This document shows positions 50,037-56,938 of a stretch of 64,000 nucleotides of DNA, piece after piece (the first letter of the stretch is position 1; each line of letters opens with the position of its first letter). Source of the DNA: an uncultured Alphaproteobacteria bacterium (GTDB lineage: Bacteria > Pseudomonadota > Alphaproteobacteria > Rhizobiales > Xanthobacteraceae); contig CAWFRC010000001.1 in assembly GCA_963818155.1 (NCBI GenBank), positions 7,730-71,729 on the forward strand, given 5' to 3'. The notes beneath the pieces were generated by a model that saw nothing but the letters and a program-made list of their open reading frames with translations, was not told the DNA's origin and did no database searches. A program made the translations under genes and the position numbers.

Positions 50037-50064
50037 TGAACAACATGTTCAGTTTGATGAACAT
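50037..50064. promoter_or_regulatory. Cluster of TGAACA/TGTTCA inverted repeats (candidate operator)
   Basis: TGAACA-aca-TGTTCA (50037-50051) overlaps ATGTTCA-gtttga-TGAACAT (50045-50064). Preceded by the palindrome TTCATGAA (50028-50035). Confidence 0.3.
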
Positions 50065-50318
50065 CGCCCCGTGCCCGCATTTTGCGTTTTGCGGCGTCTC
50101 AACCCACGCTTTTATCGAAATGACGGCGTTATTCCGCCGGTCGGCCGCCGGCGCCGCGCGGAAGTCAACGCCTCTCTCATCCATGACCACCATGGATGGC
50201 GTCGTCCGTGAATCGCGGCCTTCCCTGGGCCGACCACTATTTTCCAGACCAAGCGTGAGGGGAAAACGCGCCTACGCTTCCGACAAGATCTGGTGCCATC
50301 TAAAAGCCCACGCGTGCT

Positions 50319-50999
50319 TCAGGACGGCGGCAGCACATACCGGCGCGCCCCGCTATCATCGAGCACAAACAGCGGCGAATAAACGGCGGAAGCATCGACG
50401 TCAGTCACCATCGTCATGGTGCGGTTGTCGAGGATCAACCACCCGTTGCCCGCATAAGCGCCGACGACCATGTGATCCTCGCCGCGGCGCCTGTTGTGAA
50501 CGATCACCAGGCGCACGCGCTCCGGTGCGATTCCGACCTGCCGCAAAGCGAAATACTTGGCGAGCGCATAGTCTTTGCAATCTCCGGCTCCGAGGCTGAG
50601 CACTTCGAGAGGCGACAGCCAAGCGCCTGGCGTCGGTCGCAGCAACAAGTTGATGGTGCGATTGATGTGGCCGAATACCGCCCGGCCACGATAGTTTCTC
50701 GCCTCCTCGACGATCGCCGTGAGTTTGTGCACCGCTCGGCAATCCGACGAGGCGTCTTCGGTGCACGCATTCATCGCTTCTTGATCGCTTGCGATCCGCG
50801 CCAGCTCGTCGCGCCATTTGGCGGCAACGCCGTTGGCCTCGTCGTGGAGGAGGATGCTGTCGCCGCCGAAGGGATCGTGCGGCAAAGATGCGTGCAGAGC
50901 CGCCGTGAACGCGAGAATGAATGCGCCGACGGCGAGGAGGCCGGGCACACAAGCGGCAATTCTAACGATGATCACGCGCACGACCAGACCCACTGTCAT
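50319..50999 (-). CDS. Bacterial transglutaminase-like cysteine proteinase (BTLCP, LapG-like, peptidase C93)
   Basis: Cys-His-Asp context GDCKDYALAKY ... EDHMVV ... WLILDN. N-terminal membrane/signal segment from ATG 50999. Confidence 0.8.
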   Translation of the reverse strand: MTVGLVVRVIIVRIAACVPGLLAVGAFILAFTAALHASLPHDPFGGDSILLHDEANGVAAKWRDELARIASDQEAMNACTEDASSDCRAVHKLTAIVEEARNYRGRAVFGHINRTINLLLRPTPGAWLSPLEVLSLGAGDCKDYALAKYFALRQVGIAPERVRLVIVHNRRRGEDHMVVGAYAGNGWLILDNRTMTMVTDVDASAVYSPLFVLDDSGARRYVLPPS

Positions 51000-51255
51000 C
51001 GAGCCTCCACCCGTGCGAACTCGAGACCGAATTCTGGCGAACGCGGCAGCAGTGCCGGCAGCTCTTTCGGAGTAAGTGTACAAATCTTTCGCGCCCGCAT
51101 GGTTGCCACTCGAAGCGATCTCAACAACCTCGTTTCCACGTCCTTCTTGCGCGAACAAGACCAAGCGACATCGTTATCCGAAATAGTAGATGCCTTCTGC
51201 CGCCTGGTGCCGATCATCGCGAATCGAAAACGCTCGCTCGCAACAGAGATGCACC

Positions 51256-51462
51256 ATGCCGTGGTATTCATTCGTTGCGTGTTGGCCTGAAGGTGGCGCA
51301 GATGACACGCGCACTACCAGTTTGTCGGACCAGGACGAAGCTCGCCACTACGCTCATCTAATCATCCGCGAGCTCAAATCACATCCGGACTATCGTCATG
51401 CCGGACAAAGAATGGTGGTGCGGGACGACGATGGCCATGTGGTTGAGGTTATTCCGTTTTAG
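51256..51462 (+). CDS. DUF6894-like small protein
   Basis: 68 aa. MPWYSFV...DEARHYAHLIIRELK...VVRDDDGHVVEVIPF resembles the MPRYFFH...E.VPF family pattern. Confidence 0.55.
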   Translation: MPWYSFVACWPEGGADDTRTTSLSDQDEARHYAHLIIRELKSHPDYRHAGQRMVVRDDDGHVVEVIPF

Positions 51463-51821
51463 CGAGACCCCGCACAGGCCCCCCTGCGCAGGTGTGAACG
51501 CAGCTGATTCGGCAAACGCGACTGGAACTCTGCGCGCGACGGTCTGGCCTTGAACAGACATTCCGCAAGCACAAAGCAGGTTGGCATATCGCGGCTAACT
51601 GCTGGTGGCCGATTCGCGTTATAGTCTCGCTAGTACCGAGACGAGGTCGGGGCGGCCGACAGCCTAGCCTGACGTACCTGCGAAGATTTCGGCCAACAAG
51701 TTTGACGCGCTTGCAGAGATTTCGGTTTCGGCTCGGCCGCCCTGAACCTTGATCTTCGGTTTTTTGGAACGCCCAATAGCCGACATTGGCAGCAGACGGG
51801 ATTTGCGGCCGATGCTGGGTA

Positions 51822-53174
51822 TCAGGCAGGATCTTTGCCCGGCTGAGACGGCTGAGGTGAGATCCCGAAGCGTTTCATTTTGGTCCAGAGAGTGACGCGA
51901 GAAATTCCGAGGCTTTCTGCGGCGCGTCCGACCCGGCCTTGATGCCGGGACAATGCTTCGACAATGCGCTGGCGCTCCGCCGCGGCCCGGGCGCTGTTAA
52001 GCGTAGACTTCGACGATGGCACAACTCCTTCGGCAACTTCGCCGGGAAAAACGTCAGCCACCCCGATCCTTCCGCCGTTGGCAAAGCTAAGCGCGCGCAC
52101 GAGGCGATTGCGCAGTTCCCGAACATTGGCGGGCCAATCATGCGCACGCATCGCGGCAAGCGCTTCGGCCTCGACCGGCAACGCCGGCACGCCGAGTTCC
52201 GACGCGACATCGGCGAGCAACACCTCGAGCATCGGCTCGATGTCGGCTTGCCGCTCGCGCAACGGCGGAACGGCGATCTCGATGATGGCGACGCGGTTCA
52301 CCAAGTCTGGAGTGAGCTGATCGCGCAACCTCACGGCGGAAAATTGGGATGAGGCGAGAATCCTCGCCTCGAACGGCAGCTCGGTGCCTATGTCGCCGAT
52401 GCGCATGAACCGCTTGCTATCCATCGCCTGAATCAGCTTGCCCTGAACGGCCGTCGGCAACTCGCTGATCTCGTCGAGAAAGAGCGTGCCGTGACCGGCC
52501 TGCTCCAAGCCTCCGGTATGCAATTCGGCTCCGTCGGTGCCGGCACGGAGCACCTCTCCAAACAACAATCTTTCCCCGTCGTGACCGGTAAGACTGCCGC
52601 ATCGCAAGGCGACGAACGGCTCACTCGCGCGAGCCGAAAGATAATGGGTGAACCGCGCTGCAACTTCCTTGCCACTGCCCGGCTCGCCGACGATGAGCGC
52701 ACTCACCGTGCTGCTGGCAAGGCGCTCCAGGCGGCGTTTCAACTCGACCATGGCCACGGAGGCCATGGTCGGATCGGGCCAGCTCCTCCTGTCCGCGAAC
52801 GAAAGCCGGCCACTCATGACTCGCCGCAGCGCCACGACGAGCGCCGACATGTCGTAAGGCTTCTGCAAATAATCCGCCGCGCCATGTTTGAGGAGGCGAA
52901 CGGCTTGATCGACATCGACTGACGCGGCCGTAAATATAATCGGGGTCGAACCGACATAGGTCAGCGCGTCCCGGTAAATTTGCTCGACATCGCTGTCCGG
53001 TAGACGGACTTCGCTTACGATCGCGTCGAATCGCAACGAGCGAAGCAGTCCCATGGCTTGCGCACGATTTTTTGCAGCCTGCGGCCTGAACCCTTCGTTC
53101 TCAAGGGTGCTAATCAACTTCCCAGATAAATCTTCGTCCGCCTCAATCAACAGAATCTTGGCAGCGTTCGGCAT
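51822..53174 (-). CDS. NtrC-family AAA+ enhancer-binding-type regulator lacking GAFTGA and the receiver Asp
   Basis: Walker A GEPGSGKE, Walker B TLFLDEI, R-finger NVRELRN, Fis-type HTH. The loop reads LFGEVLRAGTDGAELHTG instead of GAFTGA. The receiver reads AIVSEVRLPD. Confidence 0.85.
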   Translation of the reverse strand: MPNAAKILLIEADEDLSGKLISTLENEGFRPQAAKNRAQAMGLLRSLRFDAIVSEVRLPDSDVEQIYRDALTYVGSTPIIFTAASVDVDQAVRLLKHGAADYLQKPYDMSALVVALRRVMSGRLSFADRRSWPDPTMASVAMVELKRRLERLASSTVSALIVGEPGSGKEVAARFTHYLSARASEPFVALRCGSLTGHDGERLLFGEVLRAGTDGAELHTGGLEQAGHGTLFLDEISELPTAVQGKLIQAMDSKRFMRIGDIGTELPFEARILASSQFSAVRLRDQLTPDLVNRVAIIEIAVPPLRERQADIEPMLEVLLADVASELGVPALPVEAEALAAMRAHDWPANVRELRNRLVRALSFANGGRIGVADVFPGEVAEGVVPSSKSTLNSARAAAERQRIVEALSRHQGRVGRAAESLGISRVTLWTKMKRFGISPQPSQPGKDPA

Positions 53175-54086
53175 TCCCCAGCTCCAACGCACCAGCCGCT
53201 CGCTTACCCTTCAACACAGCACGCGCTGAAAAAGCGATAGCGGGTACCTCCCTGGCCGGACCACCAGCATGTTGCGCAACCTTGACGCCTGTCAAGCAGA
53301 TGCAACGACACGAAGCTTGCCCTTGTTTTCAGCAATTCAGTTGTGATCTGCGTCACCCAAGCGATCCGCAGGGCCGGAAACGCGATGCTTCATGGCCTTC
53401 GGCCCAACAGACAATGCGCGACAAAATGCAACTGATATTTGTATTTTTTTAGCTCGAGAACATGCCTATCCGGGGCGTTAGCGTTGATTTTTAGTTTGGG
53501 CATGGCCACCGTCCCACATGCCGTTTACTGCCACGCGCCATTTCCTATTGGGCAATTCGATATCGCGTGGCGACGGGCGCGTCTCAGATATTTCACTTGC
53601 TTTGCCGGTGTTTTGGAAGTGGTGCCCGGCCGTTGTGCGATCACGGCGGCGTGAACGAAGTTAACCAACGTTCGCCCGAGGGCGGCCCCGTCAAATTCCA
53701 AAAGCGGCCATTTTCAGCGGCGATTCCGCCGTCGGTTAAATGATCTGAACAGCGCGTTGTCACTACTTTACCTAAGAGTAGATTGACGCTTTCAATCAAA
53801 GATAGTTGTTTGCTGCTGTGTCGGAGGGTCAACTCCGGCGGGCAGAGAGGGAGGCGGCCGAACCGGGACATTGATGTGCTTTTTTGGTTACGATCGGCGT
53901 CGGGACTGATCGCCTTGCGGTTCTTTGCGGGTCGTTTGTTTCGAACCGGTCTCCAGAACAGTCAAAGTCTAAATCATTCTTATTCGACGTGAATGGCTGC
54001 CGCAGATCGTTCGTGGATCGCAGACGCAGAAGATCAGCGATTCTACGAAGTGATGGGTGTGTCTTCACGTCTAGAGGAGACACGTC

Positions 54087-54755
54087 ATGGGTATCAATTT
54101 CTGGGATCCGAACAATCAGAATCAGGATCAAGGCCAGGGCCAAGGCGAAGGCCAGGGCCAGCTGAGCCTCCAGGGCCAAGGTCAGGCCCAGGCTCAGATT
54201 GCCGCCGATCTGAACGGCAATCTGAACGGCAACGGCAACGGCAATCTGAACGGCAACGGCAACTTCAACGCCGACGGCAACCTCAACGGCAACCTCAACG
54301 ACAACGTCAATCACAACACCGATACGGTGTGCGTCGACGTCAGTGTCGATGCGAGCGTGACGCCGCTGATCGGCGATCTGAGCGACGCCACGGCCCTCTA
54401 CATGCCGCAGGACATTGCTCAGAGCTTCACTGCCGGCGGCACCGACACCGCCATCGCTCTCGACCAGATCAACAGCCTTGTTGCCAACAACACGGCGCAA
54501 GATCTGCACAACTCGGATCATTCCAGCATGTGGGGCAGCGGCGCGACGGAATCCGGCGCTGTCGACGTCGGCGACATCAGCCAGGGCGCCTTGGCCACGG
54601 GCCAACTGCAGGGTGCGACTTCGGCGGCCGCGACGGTTGACGCGTTCACCCAGAGCATCGTTCTCGGAGCCAACATCCAGAACAACTCGTTCACCCTCAC
54701 CATCACGGGCCATGATTCGGCCGTGACGGCCGGTGACGCCGCCCATCACGGGTAA
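54087..54755 (+). CDS. Gln/Gly- and Asn/Gly-rich low-complexity protein, candidate T1SS substrate
   Basis: AGGAGA RBS 7 nt upstream. No signal peptide. aa 9-37 are (Q-G/A)n and aa 42-77 are (N-G/L)n. The C-terminal half shares the motif LGANIQNNS with the next gene. Confidence 0.7.
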   Translation: MGINFWDPNNQNQDQGQGQGEGQGQLSLQGQGQAQAQIAADLNGNLNGNGNGNLNGNGNFNADGNLNGNLNDNVNHNTDTVCVDVSVDASVTPLIGDLSDATALYMPQDIAQSFTAGGTDTAIALDQINSLVANNTAQDLHNSDHSSMWGSGATESGAVDVGDISQGALATGQLQGATSAAATVDAFTQSIVLGANIQNNSFTLTITGHDSAVTAGDAAHHG

Positions 54756-54768
54756 ATTCTAAAGCGTG

Positions 54769-54798
54769 AGGCCCGTGCGCTACGGCGTGCGGGCCTTT
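54769..54798 (+). terminator. Hairpin after the 222-aa gene (12-bp stem incl. 2 G-U, loop uacg, short U tract)
   Basis: aggcccgtgcgc-tacg-gcgtgcgggcct followed by tt. Hand-folded. The weak U tract suggests partial termination at most. Confidence 0.4.
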
Positions 54799-54904
54799 AC
54801 ATCCGCAACTCGACGGGGGACGGGGTCGCGGATGGCTCTGCTCTCAATTCGGCTACCGGTAATACAACCGCGTTTGTCGTAACAGCCAACGATCGAGTGG
54901 TGAC

Positions 54905-56887
54905 ATGGCATCCTCCGACGTGCTCAACGAACTGATTGCGCACTTTGCCGGCTACCTGCGGCTTCCTCCCGGTGACAACTACACCGTGAAGATTCTCTAT
55001 GAGGGAAGCGCGGTCCCTGACACCGGCCAAGCCGACGACAACGCGAAATCCCATGCGGTCCATCACCCGGACCTCGATCAGTTTCACGGCGCGCACCTGA
55101 ACGTACCCCCAATACCGGCGTTCAAGCCCGACCATTTATTCTATTTCACACCGCATAAGTTCCACAACACGGACTTTCATTCTCCGCACCCAACCCTGAT
55201 CCTGCCCCACGCGCTGCCGCCTTTGCTCAACGGTCCGGCCGGCGCCGGCGGTGGCGGCGGCGGTGGCGGCAATTTCCAGATTACAGCCAGCTACCAAAGC
55301 GGCGGCGACGAGACGATACTCGACATCCGCCAGGTCAACGTGCTCTCGAACAACAATTTGCTGATCAACAATCAGCAGGTGACCGCGGCGACCGAGGCTT
55401 ACGAGCACAACCTAAAGCACGCCGAAAAGGTCCTCGGCGACATGGTCCAGCAGGCGAACGACGCCATTCCCAACAGCCTCAATCTCTCCGCTGACAATAC
55501 ATCCTCAGGTCTGCAGCAATTCGTCGAAGCGCGCGATGCGCACCCGATCAGCACGCTGGCGCAAGACGCACCGTTCTCCACCCACCCAGGGCAATACGTG
55601 AACGGAACGCCGGTCACCGACGGCTCCAATCCGCATCAGACAACCGACAACCTGCTCACCACGGTTGCCAATGCCGAGCAGACAGGGTTGACGGGCCCGC
55701 CGCAAGCACCGGCGGGCGACTACCAGCATGACCACATCGCAACAGTGTCGGTCGGCTCCAACTATCAGGCGAACGACGCCGCCATCGTCAATGGGGAAGG
55801 CCTCACCGCGATGTTGGCGGTGCAAGGGAACTACTATCAGACCGAAGCGATCATCCAAACGAACGTGGTGGGCGGCAGCGACCATATTTCCGGCGGCGGC
55901 CCGGGCGCGGCTTCGATCGCAGCGAACACGGTGCAGAATATCGCCGATATGCAGAACCAGGTGCCGACACTCACGTCCGGCGGATCCGGGACCACTACAT
56001 CGGGCCTGAATTGGTCGGTGACGGTCCTCAACGGCGACCTAGCCGATGTTCACTCCCTGGTACAAACGAACTACCTGCAAAATAACAACGTGGTCTATCA
56101 AACCACCGAGATGGGCGAGAGTCTGACGGTCGCCGGCAGCAACATTCAGACGAACTCCGCCGAGTATCAGAATTTAACGTCGAACTACCAATTGATCATC
56201 GTCGAAGGCAACTACAACCAGGACGACCTGATCTATCAGACCAACGTCATGTTGGATAACAACAACGTCAGGTTCCACGGTGGCCACGGCGGCGGCACTG
56301 CGAGCGCGACAGGCGGCGGCGACAACGTCGTCAACGACGCCACGATCGTCGATACCGCTAACCACAATTATCAGGCGTTTACCCCCGCCGCCCAGTCCGT
56401 CGTACAAGCCTTGGAAAGCCAGTCGGGGACCGTCGACCCCGCCTCGGTGTTGAGCGCGTTTCCGAACCTGTTCGGAAACATCAATGTGCTTGTGGTCACG
56501 GGCAACTATTACGACATAAACTACATCTCGCAGACCAACATCATGTCGAACTCGAACGTCGTGCAAATGTGGGGCGGCCATGGGGCGACGGACACGGTCA
56601 ATACCGGAAGCAACATAGCGGTCAACGCGGCCACCATCATCGACGGCGGCAGCGCGTTGTCGCCCTATCTGCAGGGCAGCTACTACAACGACATGATCCT
56701 GCTGCAGACCAATATCATCGGCAACAATGCGAGTGCCGCCGCACACAATCCGAACCAGTTCGTGCCCGAACTTGTGGCCTTCACGGGCGCCTTGGACTCC
56801 GCGCATCAAGGTTCCGAGGCCACGATCGCGGCCGCGGCAAGCGTGCAACAGCATCATCACGACGGTGTAGCCGGCGTGATGCACTAA
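54905..56887 (+). CDS. 660-aa repeat protein with GNYY-x4-I-x-QTN-type repeats, candidate T1SS substrate (non-RTX)
   Basis: 5-6 copies: VQGNYYQTEAIIQTNVV, LVQTNYLQNNNVV, VEGNYNQDDLIYQTNVMLDNNNV, VTGNYYDINYISQTNIMSNSNVV, LQGSYYNDMILLQTNII. Gly8 tract at aa 115-122. No signal peptide. Confidence 0.75.
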   Translation: MASSDVLNELIAHFAGYLRLPPGDNYTVKILYEGSAVPDTGQADDNAKSHAVHHPDLDQFHGAHLNVPPIPAFKPDHLFYFTPHKFHNTDFHSPHPTLILPHALPPLLNGPAGAGGGGGGGGNFQITASYQSGGDETILDIRQVNVLSNNNLLINNQQVTAATEAYEHNLKHAEKVLGDMVQQANDAIPNSLNLSADNTSSGLQQFVEARDAHPISTLAQDAPFSTHPGQYVNGTPVTDGSNPHQTTDNLLTTVANAEQTGLTGPPQAPAGDYQHDHIATVSVGSNYQANDAAIVNGEGLTAMLAVQGNYYQTEAIIQTNVVGGSDHISGGGPGAASIAANTVQNIADMQNQVPTLTSGGSGTTTSGLNWSVTVLNGDLADVHSLVQTNYLQNNNVVYQTTEMGESLTVAGSNIQTNSAEYQNLTSNYQLIIVEGNYNQDDLIYQTNVMLDNNNVRFHGGHGGGTASATGGGDNVVNDATIVDTANHNYQAFTPAAQSVVQALESQSGTVDPASVLSAFPNLFGNINVLVVTGNYYDINYISQTNIMSNSNVVQMWGGHGATDTVNTGSNIAVNAATIIDGGSALSPYLQGSYYNDMILLQTNIIGNNASAAAHNPNQFVPELVAFTGALDSAHQGSEATIAAAASVQQHHHDGVAGVMH

Positions 56888-56938
56888 CGAAAACACTTCG
56901 GCTCAAGCTGGGGGCGCCAGAACGGCGCAAGAAAAGCG

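Noticed and set aside
53439-53654. 71-aa ORF in the long leader upstream of the cargo gene
   Set aside because: It has no RBS, sits in AT-rich non-coding-looking sequence, and has no family resemblance.
53193-54086. Sigma54 promoter (TGGCAC-N5-TTGC) upstream of the cargo operon, expected from the adjacent bEBP
   Set aside because: There is no acceptable -24/-12 match on manual scanning. The nearest candidates have wrong spacing, and the regulator also lacks GAFTGA.
54111-54317. Short tandem DNA repeats that might be mistaken for a CRISPR or VNTR array
   Set aside because: The units are 6 nt, contiguous, in frame and coding (Q-G and N-G dipeptides). There are no spacers and no cas genes in the window.
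53829-54749. 306-aa ORF on the minus strand overlapping the Q/N-rich gene
   Set aside because: It is kept open only by the repeat structure. It has no RBS. The plus-strand gene has a strong RBS, a terminator hairpin and a motif shared with the next gene.
54905-56887. RTX (GGxGxD nonapeptide) calcium-binding repeats expected for a T1SS substrate
   Set aside because: I scanned the translation. There are only isolated Gly-rich stretches (GGGPGAAS, TGGGDNVVND) and no tandem nonapeptides.
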